Shown here: positions 19,669 through 29,452 of the stretch, piece by piece
Layout: each line of letters starts with the position of its first letter
How positions within the stretch are numbered: the first letter of the stretch is position 1
NCBI GenBank assembly: GCA_028868715.1
Contig: JAGWUB010000001.1
Span: 119,206-183,205 of the forward strand
DNA length: 64,000 nt
Direction of reading: 5' to 3'
From: Patescibacteria group bacterium
Lineage (GTDB): Bacteria > Patescibacteriota > Minisyncoccia > Phycocordibacterales > UBA9973
Notes under the pieces: model-generated
What the model was told of the DNA's origin: nothing
What the model saw: only the letters and a program-made list of their open reading frames with translations
The model's database searches: none
Program-made: the position numbers and the translations under genes

Positions 19669-19866
19669 TTACGCGCGTTGTACGTTTGTAGCATTCAATC
19701 CTTTTGGTGATTCTTCTGTTTCAAAAGAAACAGTATCACCTTCTTTTAACTCGTCAAAAGTTACGCCAACAAGAGAATTGCTGTGGAAGAATAAATCCTT
19801 CTCTAGTCCTTCTGCTGTTATGAAGCCGAAACCTTTATCAGTGAGTCTTTTTATAGTACCAGTCAT
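19669..19866 (-). CDS. cspA: Cold-shock protein (CspA family)
   Basis: KGFGFI RNP1 motif and VFFH RNP2 motif, 65 aa. Confidence 0.9.
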   Translation of the reverse strand: MTGTIKRLTDKGFGFITAEGLEKDLFFHSNSLVGVTFDELKEGDTVSFETEESPKGLNATNVQRA

Positions 19867-20027
19867 TGATGTTTTAGTTTAAATTGTTAAATACAAATTG
19901 GTTGTTCTTAAGAAATCGACGCTACTTGGCTCTTCTTCTACCTACTTTGTCTGTAAAGAATATCACAAAACAATACATTCTGTCAAGTGAGCTTTCTATT
20001 TTAGCTTGAATAAGCTAATCTACAGGG

Positions 20028-21536
20028 ATGTCCAAAGAACCAAAAGAAACGAAAAAAACCCAAGAAGCCATAGTCAGATTCGATAAGGTCTCATTTGAGT
20101 GGGGGGTCAATAAGCCTATTCTAGACGAAGTATCGTTTACTCTACGACGTGGAGTTAAGTTTGCTCTGATGGGGCAAAATGGGGCCGGGAAGAGCACTAT
20201 CTTTGGATTGATAGCTCGCACGAATACTCCAGAATCAGGGGTAATTAATGTTATAAACGGAGTAAGCATTGCTCTGTCTAGGCAAGTTATACCGAAAATA
20301 GAATTGGAACTGACTGTACGAGAATTTTTTGAAAAAAGTTTACTAAATGTTTCCTCCAAAAAGGTTTACGATATTGATCCTAAAATAGATGAAATTTTAG
20401 AAGTAGTAAATTTAAAAGGTCACGAAAAAGTACATGACAGAATAATCAAAACTTTTTCAGGAGGACAGCAGGCGAGGCTCCTTTTAGCTTCGGCTCTTAT
20501 CCAAAACCCAGACCTACTTCTCTTAGATGAGCCGACAAATAACCTAGACAAAGCTGGGATTGCACACCTGACAAGATATTTAATTAATTATAAAAAAACT
20601 GTTTTAGTTATTTCGCACGATGCTGAATTTTTAAATGCCTTTACTGAAGGGGTGCTGTATTTAGATATATATACAAAAAAAATAGAACAATATGTGGGAA
20701 ACTACTTTAACGTAGTTAAAGACATCACCGCGAGGGTGGAGAAAGAAAATATGAAGAATGCCCAATTGCAAAAAGAAATTCAGGCAAAAAAAGATCAAGC
20801 CAATGTGTTTGCTTACAAAGGCGGAAGACTAAGATTGGTAGCTAAGCGAATGCGTGAAAAAGCAGAAGAGCTGGAAGAAGAAATTGTGGATGTGCGAAAA
20901 GAAGATAAAGCCATCAGACCGTTTATAATTCCTTCACAGCCAGATTTAGTGGGTGAAATTTTAAAAATAACTTCATTTACTACCATGAAAAATGGGAAAA
21001 TAGTAAAACATAAAGTGAATGTGAGTTTAAATAAAAATATCCACTTACTACTCCAAGGTCCAAATGGTATTGGTAAAACTACTTTATTGGAAAGACTGGC
21101 GAGTGGTCATGCTGAAGGAGAAAAGGTGAAAGATGGAATTCGGATTGGTTACTATCGGCAAGATTTTTCCACGCTCAATTTTGAAGACACGGTTTATCAA
21201 TCACTTGGTAGTGCCATGCAGGAAGGAGGAGATATATTAAACGAAGAACATATGCGTTCTGTGGCGGCAGGATTTTTGATTACTGGAGAATTTATTCGCA
21301 CAAAAATAGGTAGCTTATCAGAAGGCCAAAAAGGTTTGGTAGCTTTTGCCAGACTTGTGCTTCAAAAACCCGGACTTCTTATCTTGGATGAGCCGACCAA
21401 TCATATCAACTTCAGACACCTTCCTGTTATCGCAGAGGCCTTAGACAAATATAAAGGGGCCATGATCATCGTTTCTCACGTACCTGACTTTATAAAACAA
21501 ATTAGGATTGATGAAGTACTTGATCTAGAAAAATAG
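20028..21536 (+). CDS. ABC-F family ATPase (two ABC domains, no transmembrane domain)
   Basis: Two Walker A motifs (GQNGAGKST; GPNGIGKTT), two LSGGQ-like signatures, linker between them. Confidence 0.85.
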   Translation: MSKEPKETKKTQEAIVRFDKVSFEWGVNKPILDEVSFTLRRGVKFALMGQNGAGKSTIFGLIARTNTPESGVINVINGVSIALSRQVIPKIELELTVREFFEKSLLNVSSKKVYDIDPKIDEILEVVNLKGHEKVHDRIIKTFSGGQQARLLLASALIQNPDLLLLDEPTNNLDKAGIAHLTRYLINYKKTVLVISHDAEFLNAFTEGVLYLDIYTKKIEQYVGNYFNVVKDITARVEKENMKNAQLQKEIQAKKDQANVFAYKGGRLRLVAKRMREKAEELEEEIVDVRKEDKAIRPFIIPSQPDLVGEILKITSFTTMKNGKIVKHKVNVSLNKNIHLLLQGPNGIGKTTLLERLASGHAEGEKVKDGIRIGYYRQDFSTLNFEDTVYQSLGSAMQEGGDILNEEHMRSVAAGFLITGEFIRTKIGSLSEGQKGLVAFARLVLQKPGLLILDEPTNHINFRHLPVIAEALDKYKGAMIIVSHVPDFIKQIRIDEVLDLEK

Positions 21537-22167
21537 ATAGTTCCTTGCCGGTAATTTCATGTAGAGATTTTGGTTTTAAATTACCCAATTTTATATTCAT
21601 AATTCTTTCGCGTTTTAAGTCGGCAACCTCTTGAAACAGAGCCGAGCACATTCTCCGAATTTGATGTTTCTTTCCTTCAGTTAAAATTACCCTAAAAGTA
21701 AAATCATTTACGATTGTTACCTTGCAAGGTTTTGTTTTATAACCTTCAATATTTACCCCTTTTTCCATTTTGTCTTTAAAACTTCCGCGCAATTTTTCTT
21801 TTGTTTTTACCACATATTCTTTTTCGTGAAAGTATTTTGGTGAAAGTAGCTGGTCAGTAATACGTCCATCGTTGGTAAGTATCAAAAGTCCGTGGCTAGC
21901 CTTATCGAGGCGCCCAAGGGGGAATAGCCCAGCTTTTGGTGAATCGGTCTCTACTCCTATCGGTTTATTATAAGCATAGTATTTATACTCTTTTGCTTTA
22001 GCTCCTTTTATTTCTACTTTATCTGTCTCGCTAACCTGACTACCAAGTACGGCCCTCTTGCCATTAATGAAAACTTTTTGTTCTCTGATTAACTCATCAG
22101 CGCCTCTCCTAGTAGAGATTTTTTTTAGTGCCAGATATTTATTTATACGCATTGGATAATTCTCCAT
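21502..22167 (-). CDS. Pseudouridine synthase (RsuA/RluB family) with S4 domain
   Basis: S4 RNA-binding N-terminus; catalytic RLDKASHGLL motif. Confidence 0.85.
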   Translation of the reverse strand: MENYPMRINKYLALKKISTRRGADELIREQKVFINGKRAVLGSQVSETDKVEIKGAKAKEYKYYAYNKPIGVETDSPKAGLFPLGRLDKASHGLLILTNDGRITDQLLSPKYFHEKEYVVKTKEKLRGSFKDKMEKGVNIEGYKTKPCKVTIVNDFTFRVILTEGKKHQIRRMCSALFQEVADLKRERIMNIKLGNLKPKSLHEITGKELSIFLDQVLHQS

Positions 22168-22221
22168 AAAACAAATAATAGCACATTTCTGTGCTATTAT
22201 TTTTGTGGGTTAATATTAATT

Positions 22222-24261
22222 TTATTGTGTCACAGTGGTAGTTTTTCTACCAGAAGGTTGCTCCAAAGTCGTGGTAGTTTTTCTCTGGAATGATTGACCA
22301 AAGAGGTATTTAGCCAAAAGGATCAATACTAAGATTAGAATCAAGAGTAGAAGCCAACCAAAGATACTGTTTGGTAGGAAGCCAGCTCCGAAGACATTTG
22401 CTCCAAGAGATACACCAGATACAGTTCCACAAACATTTGCTGAGACATTTGCGCTGACTGATTGTGGCGCACCAGAAGGATCAACATAACTCAAGGTAGC
22501 AGGGAAGTTCAAAGGTGCACCAGCGGATATATTTTCTCTTACATGCACTCTGGCTGTCACTGTACCTTGTCCGTTTGCTCGCAAGGTTCCCAAGTTAAAG
22601 ATTAAAGTTTGCCCAGAAATAGTTGCGTTGCTTGGATTTGAGGATAGGTAAGTAACTTCTGCTGGAAGATCTACTCGCAGCACTAGGCCAGTAATAGATG
22701 CATTGCCGATGTTTTGATAAGTTATGCTGTAATTAATATCATCTCCAGGACATGGATTAGTATTGTCGAGCGTAGGGACGATTGGTCGATTACGGTCTAC
22801 GGTAGAAGTGACCAAGACCAAAGAGGTAGGTGTTCTATTAGTGGTAACTCCTAATACTTGTCCATTTACATTTACCGTCACAAAATCACTTGCTGATCCC
22901 ATACCATTAGTACAAGTTATTGAATAAGTTCTAGTGCCAGTCAAACTTCCAGTGTAGAAAGCACCTGGACCGATAGACTTTATTCCTGCCCAACCGACAG
23001 ATCCACCAGAGGCATTACAAGAAGTTGCATTAGTGGTGCTCCAGCGGATTGTCGTAGCTCCGTTGAAGGCTAGGTTAGTTTGATCTGCAGTTATAGTTAC
23101 TGTTGGTTGATAAGTTACTGGAAAAATGTTTCCACCAGTTACATAAACTGTAGTTGAACCAACTGCATTTCCAGTACCGTTACTACAATTTATATTGAAG
23201 GTCGTTGTGTTAGTTAGTGGTCCAGTGTAGAAACTTCCAGACAAATTTTGAGTGCCATACCAGCCGTTGGTGCCACCACTCGCGGTACAGTAAGTCGCAT
23301 TAGTCGAATACCAAGTTATGGTGCTTGTACCATTGTAGTTTACATTTGATGGGCTAGCGTAGATACTAACAACTGGATACTGTTGATTATTATAATTATT
23401 TACATAAACCGTAGTTGAAGCCACTGCACTTCCAGTACCGTTACTACAATTTATATTGAAGGTCGTTGTGTTAGTTAGTGGTCCAGTGTAGAAACTTCCA
23501 GACAAGTTTTGAGTGCCATACCAACCGTTGGTAGTACCACCACCTCCACTTGCTGTACAGTAACTTGCATTGGTTGAATACCAAGTTATGGTACTTGTGC
23601 CGTTGTAGTTTACATTTGATGGGCTAGCATAAATACTGACGGTCGGAACATTTTGGTTGTTATTTACATAAACCGTTGCAGTCGCGCTAGCTGATTGACC
23701 AGTACTATTTGTACAAGTAGTCGTGTAAGTCGTAGTTCCGGTCGGAGTAACTATACCCGATCCAGAGGTTGCAGTGCTTCCAGTCCAAAAAGCGGAGCAA
23801 GAAGTTGCATTAGTTGAATACCAAGTAAGAGTACTTGAATTACCAGAGTTAATAGTTGAAGGATTTGCATTTAGAGTTACAGTTGGAGTCGAGATTTGGT
23901 TACAAGAAGGAGTCGTAAAAGTTCTAGTTTCGCCAGTATAATTACCATTCCTATTTGAGGCCATCGCTCGGAACGAATAAACAGTATTTTCCGTAAGACC
24001 ACTTATGTATTGAGAGTAGCTTCCACTTACTGTAAAGCTTTGCTGAGGAGTAGTGTTATCAAGGGAACCACCTTGACCCCATTCAAACCATGCCAAAGTT
24101 GCCACACCGCCGGTATTAACATTTCCATCTAAAGTGGCGCTATTGCATGTCATTGCAAAAGCAGTCTTTGCTGGCATTAAGGGTACAGCCAAAATACCCA
24201 TAAATACGACCATACTTAGTAAAAGCAAACCTTTATTCAATTGTGTTTTTAAATTGTTCAT
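22222..24261 (-). CDS. Large secreted/surface protein with tandem Ig-like repeats and a C-terminal DUF11-like domain plus hydrophobic anchor
   Basis: Signal peptide; fourfold repeated roughly 80-aa modules (ITWYSTNA.YCTASGG...FNINCSNGTG); C-terminal TM segment; S/T/N/G-rich. Confidence 0.7.
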   Translation of the reverse strand: MNNLKTQLNKGLLLLSMVVFMGILAVPLMPAKTAFAMTCNSATLDGNVNTGGVATLAWFEWGQGGSLDNTTPQQSFTVSGSYSQYISGLTENTVYSFRAMASNRNGNYTGETRTFTTPSCNQISTPTVTLNANPSTINSGNSSTLTWYSTNATSCSAFWTGSTATSGSGIVTPTGTTTYTTTCTNSTGQSASATATVYVNNNQNVPTVSIYASPSNVNYNGTSTITWYSTNASYCTASGGGGTTNGWYGTQNLSGSFYTGPLTNTTTFNINCSNGTGSAVASTTVYVNNYNNQQYPVVSIYASPSNVNYNGTSTITWYSTNATYCTASGGTNGWYGTQNLSGSFYTGPLTNTTTFNINCSNGTGNAVGSTTVYVTGGNIFPVTYQPTVTITADQTNLAFNGATTIRWSTTNATSCNASGGSVGWAGIKSIGPGAFYTGSLTGTRTYSITCTNGMGSASDFVTVNVNGQVLGVTTNRTPTSLVLVTSTVDRNRPIVPTLDNTNPCPGDDINYSITYQNIGNASITGLVLRVDLPAEVTYLSSNPSNATISGQTLIFNLGTLRANGQGTVTARVHVRENISAGAPLNFPATLSYVDPSGAPQSVSANVSANVCGTVSGVSLGANVFGAGFLPNSIFGWLLLLILILVLILLAKYLFGQSFQRKTTTTLEQPSGRKTTTVTQ

Positions 24262-24468
24262 AATGTTTTTCTATAACATATGCTCACTTGTGTCAAGTAG
24301 AGCAACTAATAATATAATAATGAAATAAGGGGAGAGCGAAAACAAACGGATCTCACTCTCTAAAGACATGACGTAGAAATAATATTCTTATTTCATGGCT
24401 TTAGAGAGTGGAGGAGGGGAGGTCCTAAAAACTCTCTCCCTCCTCCCGATGAATATCAGGAGAAGATT

Positions 24469-25110
24469 TTAATGCGCACCGATGGTTGTTACACCACCAC
24501 CGCCGATCCTTCCGGCTCGACAGAAGCCTCGGAAACCTACTGCGCATAGAACACCTATGGTTCCACCTACTGCAGTGGCTGAAACCACTACCGTTTTGGT
24601 CGTGGACCAACCACCAGTTTTGATTTCCCGCCTAGTGCAGGAGTCATATTGGCGTGGACGACCTTTGGAGTCGGTCATCACCAGTACTGTGCAACGGTTC
24701 TCGAGGGTTGTCACCCTATTTTCGAGTACCCCTATGTCTTCCTCAGTCTTATCCACTCGACTTCCCAGCTCTTTTATTTGAGCTAACAAGTCCATGATCT
24801 TCTGATGGTCTTCCGGGTAGCGCTCGCTAGCCGGCTTGTTTCTGATCGCATTGATCTGCGCTTGCAGATCGGCGATTTCCTTGCTACAGCAAGCTACTGT
24901 TGTAGTAGTGGTGCTATAGTATTTTTTTACAACTGTCACTGGCCGTACCGATCTTTTTGCCACATGCCTTTTTGCAGGTGGCTTGGGGATTGGTGCTACG
25001 CACACATTCGGCGCCACGCACGGTTTATCGTCCTGTGCGTAAACTGACGCACTCAGGGCCACCATGGCCAATAAAACAACGATAACGAAACCGAAAAATT
25101 TCTTGTTCAT
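24469..25110 (-). CDS. Secreted coiled-coil protein, GC-rich relative to the genome, Gly-rich hydrophobic C-terminus
   Basis: Signal peptide MNKKFFGFVIVVLLAMVALSASVYA; heptad region; GC composition anomaly. Confidence 0.6.
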   Translation of the reverse strand: MNKKFFGFVIVVLLAMVALSASVYAQDDKPCVAPNVCVAPIPKPPAKRHVAKRSVRPVTVVKKYYSTTTTTVACCSKEIADLQAQINAIRNKPASERYPEDHQKIMDLLAQIKELGSRVDKTEEDIGVLENRVTTLENRCTVLVMTDSKGRPRQYDSCTRREIKTGGWSTTKTVVVSATAVGGTIGVLCAVGFRGFCRAGRIGGGGVTTIGAH

Positions 25111-25358
25111 TTTAATCTCCTGATATTTGATTTTGAAGAACTTTTTGTAGGGAGAACCCCTACTTGGAGCCCTTCCTTTTACTCTAGGATTGTATCATAG
25201 TCTACTGTAAATGTCAAGATAGGTTAAATTGCCATTAATTTTGGTAAATCTGGTAATATGCTTTTAAATTTTCGTATTTTGAATAGTTTTTGTTAAAAAA
25301 ATCCAAATCATATAATTTAATTTGGATTTTTAGTGAAAAACTGTTAGTCTAAAAATAT

Positions 25359-25430
25359 CCTCTCGTCGTTCAATGGATAGGACGTAACTTTGCGGAAGTT
25401 ATGATGTAGGTTCGATTCCTACCGAGAGGA
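25359..25430 (+). tRNA. tRNA-Arg with unusual anticodon GCG
   Basis: Manual cloverleaf: acceptor CCTCTCG/CGAGAGG, D-arm identical to the tRNA-Arg(TCT) at 35282, anticodon stem TAACT/AGTTA, loop TTGCGGA, T-loop GGTTCGATTCC. Confidence 0.7.
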
Positions 25431-25447
25431 CAATTAAAAAATAAAAG

Positions 25448-25939
25448 TTAGAACCCTAGGGCTTCCATAATTTTCTCTGAAAAAGTTTCTCTCATTTCTT
25501 CTTCGATTACATTTTTTTCAAGTAAGAAAGAACGAATATGTGGCGCCATATCGTTTTCTATCGGCGCTAAAATAATTGGCATAAAAAATCTTTCAGATTT
25601 TATGAAAAGAAGTGGTTTTAAGTTTTCACCGGGCTTTTCAGAAAAATTCTCTCTCTGGACCCAGAAAGATTTTATATTTTCATAAGGATAGAGACTAGTC
25701 TCAACACCAAACCCCCTGTCATTTAGTTCATAAGCCACCATTGTTGGTTTTTTTGTTGCTAAAAATCCAAGTAACACTCCACTCAAGATAATGAGTGCGG
25801 CAAAAAAATAATTGTTGTAAATAATGGCTGCGAGAGATGCGGTGACAACGATGATTCCGAGCGCCCAGAACCAATCATTGCTTCGCTCTTTATCTTCATA
25901 CTCCAAGGCAGACCATTGTAGATTTTCTCCTCTATTCAT
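25448..25939 (-). CDS. Hypothetical membrane protein (2 TM)
   Basis: ORF with hydrophobic helices; no recognisable family. Confidence 0.45.
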   Translation of the reverse strand: MNRGENLQWSALEYEDKERSNDWFWALGIIVVTASLAAIIYNNYFFAALIILSGVLLGFLATKKPTMVAYELNDRGFGVETSLYPYENIKSFWVQRENFSEKPGENLKPLLFIKSERFFMPIILAPIENDMAPHIRSFLLEKNVIEEEMRETFSEKIMEALGF

Positions 25940-25997
25940 AGGTTAATTTTAGCACTAAATAGTGTATTTTGGCAAAGTAATGTAAGATTATTATGTT

Positions 25998-27263
25998 ATG
26001 CACAGACCCTTAACTATTGTCGTTTTTGGAACCACCGGAGATTTATATCAAAATAAGCTTGCTACGGCTTTATTTGATTTATTTTCTTCCGGATTTTTAC
26101 CTGCAAAGTTTACAATTTTGGGTTTTGCCAGGAAGCCATTAGCAGATTTAGAATTTCGTAAATTTAGTGAAGCCGCTATAAAAAAAAGAGGCAAAAAAAT
26201 TAATAAAACAAAACTTGTTGCTTTTTTAAAACATTTGGAATACATACAAGGAGATTTAAATTCTATTGAAAGTTTTAAAAACTTGAGACTTAAACTTGCT
26301 AGTAATGATAAGAAAAATGGTGCTTGCTCCAATAAACTTTTTTACTTAGCTGTACCACCGACTTTTTATCGATCTATATTTCAAAGTATTTCCAAAACAG
26401 GGCTTAGCGTTCCGTGTGCCACCAAAGAAGGGGACAAGAAATGCACTTGGACCCGAATCTTGGTGGAAAAACCCTTTGGGCAAGATATAAAAGAAGCAGA
26501 AAATTTAGACAAAATGCTAGGTAAACTTTTTGACGAATCACAAATATTTCGCATAGATCACTATCTTGCCAAGGAAGCCGTACAGAACATTTTAAACTTT
26601 CGTTTTAATAATGGAATTTTTGAACCCCTTTGGAATAATAAAAAAATTGAAAAAGTGCGCATCGTTTTTCATGAAAATAATAACGTTTCTAACAGAGGTG
26701 CTTTTTACGATGATTTGGGAGCCTTGCGTGATGTGGGACAAAATCACATGTTGCAATTATTAGCACTTATTGCAATGGATAATCCAGCACAAATGAATAA
26801 AAAAGAAATTCATGCGGCTCGGCAAATGATTTTAGAGAATACTAAATTTAGAAATGTTTTGGTGCGAGGACAATACGAAGGATATTTAAACGAAAAAGAT
26901 GTCAAAGGTGATTCAAATACTGAAACCTTTTTTCGCTTGAATGTTTCCATAAATATTCCGCGTTGGAAAGGTGTGTGTTTTGAGCTGGAATCCGGAAAAG
27001 CTTTGGCTAATGGAGAAGTCTTTATTGAGGTTTATTTTAAAAACATAAATGCACATCTTACTTTTTCCATTTCTTCCAACGAAGGAGTTACTTATGATGC
27101 TTATGAAAAAGTATTATATGATGCTATTTTGGGAGATCAAACTTTATTTGTAAGTACAAAAGAGATTATGTCTGAATGGGTTTTAATAACTGATATAATA
27201 AAAAAATGGCAAAAGATACCATTAGTAATTTATAAAAAAGGCTCCAAAGGAGAAGATATATGA
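25998..27263 (+). CDS. zwf: Glucose-6-phosphate 1-dehydrogenase (compact form)
   Basis: NADP-binding GTTGDL; catalytic RIDHYLAKE motif. Confidence 0.85.
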   Translation: MHRPLTIVVFGTTGDLYQNKLATALFDLFSSGFLPAKFTILGFARKPLADLEFRKFSEAAIKKRGKKINKTKLVAFLKHLEYIQGDLNSIESFKNLRLKLASNDKKNGACSNKLFYLAVPPTFYRSIFQSISKTGLSVPCATKEGDKKCTWTRILVEKPFGQDIKEAENLDKMLGKLFDESQIFRIDHYLAKEAVQNILNFRFNNGIFEPLWNNKKIEKVRIVFHENNNVSNRGAFYDDLGALRDVGQNHMLQLLALIAMDNPAQMNKKEIHAARQMILENTKFRNVLVRGQYEGYLNEKDVKGDSNTETFFRLNVSINIPRWKGVCFELESGKALANGEVFIEVYFKNINAHLTFSISSNEGVTYDAYEKVLYDAILGDQTLFVSTKEIMSEWVLITDIIKKWQKIPLVIYKKGSKGEDI

Positions 27264-28192
27264 AAAAACAAATTGGCTACATCGGGCTTGGGAAGATGGG
27301 TAAAAATATGGTTTTTCGATTGTTGCAAAATGGCTGGAATGTAATTGCTTACAACCGAGATACAGAGAAAGAAAAGGAAGTTATCGCTCAAGGAGCTCTT
27401 GGTACCACAAGCATAAAAGAATTAATTTCAAAACTCTCAACACCACGGGTGGTGTGGTTGATGGTGGCACATCAAGCAGTGGATGAAGTTATAAATGAAT
27501 TGGTGCCACTACTTGATAAAGGTGATCTCATTATTGATGGTGGAAATTCTCCATACCAAGAAACGATGCGTCGAGCCAAAGAATTTTCCGACAAAGGAAT
27601 TAACTTTTTAGACATTGGAGTTTCTGGTGGTCCAGGTGGAGCGCTAAATGGAGCTTGCATGATGGCTGGTGGGGAAAAGGAGATATATAACAAATTGGAA
27701 GCTACGGGATTTTTTAAAGATACTTGTTTGCCAAATGGTTTTGGATATATGGGCCCTTCAGGTGCGGGGCATTTTGTGAAAATGGTTCACAATGGTATTG
27801 AATATGGAATGATGCAATCCATCGCCGAAGGATTTGATTTGCTTAGACACTCTAGTGAATTTGATTTAGATTTAAATAAGGTAACTGAAGTATATTCTCA
27901 TGGCAGTGTCATTACCTCTAGCTTGGTTTCTTGGATGCAGGATGGGTATAAAAAATATGGGAAAGATTTGAATGAAATTTCAGGTAAAGCCTCGGCTTCT
28001 GGTGAGGGTAAATGGACATTAGAAGCGGGCAAGAGGGAAAACATATCTATGCCCGCTATCCAAACATCACTTGATGTCAGAAGTGCATCTCAACAAAAAC
28101 CAACTTACCAAGGCAAAGTAGTTTCAACTATGCGCGGAGAATTTGGACAACACCCAGTAAAGAGAGCCGAAGACGAACCAGAAATTTTGTAA
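27260..28192 (+). CDS. gnd: 6-phosphogluconate dehydrogenase, short (roughly 300 aa, GntZ/YqeC-like) form
   Basis: N-terminal Rossmann fold GLGKMG; 6PGD catalytic-domain motifs; 4-nt overlap with zwf. Confidence 0.85.
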   Translation: MKKQIGYIGLGKMGKNMVFRLLQNGWNVIAYNRDTEKEKEVIAQGALGTTSIKELISKLSTPRVVWLMVAHQAVDEVINELVPLLDKGDLIIDGGNSPYQETMRRAKEFSDKGINFLDIGVSGGPGGALNGACMMAGGEKEIYNKLEATGFFKDTCLPNGFGYMGPSGAGHFVKMVHNGIEYGMMQSIAEGFDLLRHSSEFDLDLNKVTEVYSHGSVITSSLVSWMQDGYKKYGKDLNEISGKASASGEGKWTLEAGKRENISMPAIQTSLDVRSASQQKPTYQGKVVSTMRGEFGQHPVKRAEDEPEIL

Positions 28193-28201
28193 TTATAAAA
28201 T

Positions 28202-28828
28202 ATGAAAATTATAGACATATCTTTACCACTAAATAACCAGACCCCTATTTATCCAGAGAACGTTCCTCTCTCTGTTAGTATGCACCATGCGATGCCGAAA
28301 TATTCTACTCAGCTCTCGGCAATTACTTTTGGGTCACATACTGGGACACACATAGATGCTCCAGCGCATTGCCTGGTGGGTGGGCTTACTCTTGATCAAA
28401 TTCCACTCGAGACTTTAATCGGGCCATGCCGAGTGTTGGACTTTTCCCAAAATCAAAGTGAGTGCGTGACGCAAGAAATGCTCCAAAGTAAAAATGTAAA
28501 AAAAGGAGAGCGGGTACTTTTGAAAACAAAAAACTCTATTCGAGGTTTTAAAGAATTTTATAAAGATTTTGTATATTTGGATGGAGACGGGGCAGATTAT
28601 CTGGCGGGCTTGGGTGTTTTACTGGTTGGGATTGATTCTTTGTCTATAAAAAAAAGTGGTGGACCAGACAGTCGCCCACACACAGCGCTACTTTCCAAAA
28701 ATATTCCCATAATTGAAGGGTTGAATATGTCTACGGTGATTGAAGGAGAATACAAACTCATTTGCTTGCCACTAAATTTCACTGGCATCGAAGGCGCTCC
28801 AGCTCGGGCGGTGCTTATAGAAAGGTAA
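28202..28828 (+). CDS. Cyclase-family metal-dependent hydrolase (kynurenine formamidase-like)
   Basis: HxGTHxDAPxH motif (GSHTGTHIDAPAH). Confidence 0.7.
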   Translation: MKIIDISLPLNNQTPIYPENVPLSVSMHHAMPKYSTQLSAITFGSHTGTHIDAPAHCLVGGLTLDQIPLETLIGPCRVLDFSQNQSECVTQEMLQSKNVKKGERVLLKTKNSIRGFKEFYKDFVYLDGDGADYLAGLGVLLVGIDSLSIKKSGGPDSRPHTALLSKNIPIIEGLNMSTVIEGEYKLICLPLNFTGIEGAPARAVLIER

Positions 28829-28849
28829 ATAGGTATATAATGGATAAAT

Positions 28850-29335
28850 ATGAAAGGCGGGAAATTTAAACCTTCACATTTATTTTTAGGTATTGCAGGA
28901 TTACTAATCATTGAGGCTTTTTTGTTGTGGTTTTTGCCTGTGGTGGCTGCGAATGAAACTTTTATTCTGATATTTGCAATATTGGGCGCAGGAATGAATA
29001 TATATGTTTCCGTTGAAGCGATCAAAGAAGTTCAGGGCCACATGCGGATACTCGCATTTCTATCATTGGTTGTTTTGGAATTTATTGCTTTTTTTGCTTT
29101 TGAATATTATTTTCTACTTTTGGTGCAACCAGCAAGCTTCCCGACACTTACCGATGATATAATAAGCTTGCTCTTACATAGCTCAATGGTGTTTGTCTTT
29201 AATCCACTTTATCTGCCAGCCACTTTGGCTGGGCGGACTCTCTTACTCATCAATACACTCAGTGCTCTAGGCCTAGTTCTTTTTATATTGCAAAACATAT
29301 GGCAGCTTCGTCCAAAATTATCAGAGCCTACGTAA
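28850..29335 (+). CDS. Hypothetical integral membrane protein (4 TM)
   Basis: Hydrophobic ORF, no recognisable family. Confidence 0.45.
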   Translation: MKGGKFKPSHLFLGIAGLLIIEAFLLWFLPVVAANETFILIFAILGAGMNIYVSVEAIKEVQGHMRILAFLSLVVLEFIAFFAFEYYFLLLVQPASFPTLTDDIISLLLHSSMVFVFNPLYLPATLAGRTLLLINTLSALGLVLFILQNIWQLRPKLSEPT

Positions 29336-29452
29336 GTAGACTTAAGAGTTAGCTCTGTCACTGCAACTTTTAGGCCTTCACAAACGTATATGTTAGTACA
29401 CGGACTTTGTCGTAGTCTGTAAGTTTATTAGTAGAAAAATAATATAAAAAAT

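Noticed and set aside
23140-23640. Near-identical roughly 250-nt tandem repeats inside the adhesin gene as a possible diversity-generating retroelement TR/VR pair
   Set aside because: Mismatches between the two copies include all substitution types plus an indel, not adenine-specific changes. Both copies are coding. No reverse transcriptase is present in the window. This is better explained as a recent domain duplication.
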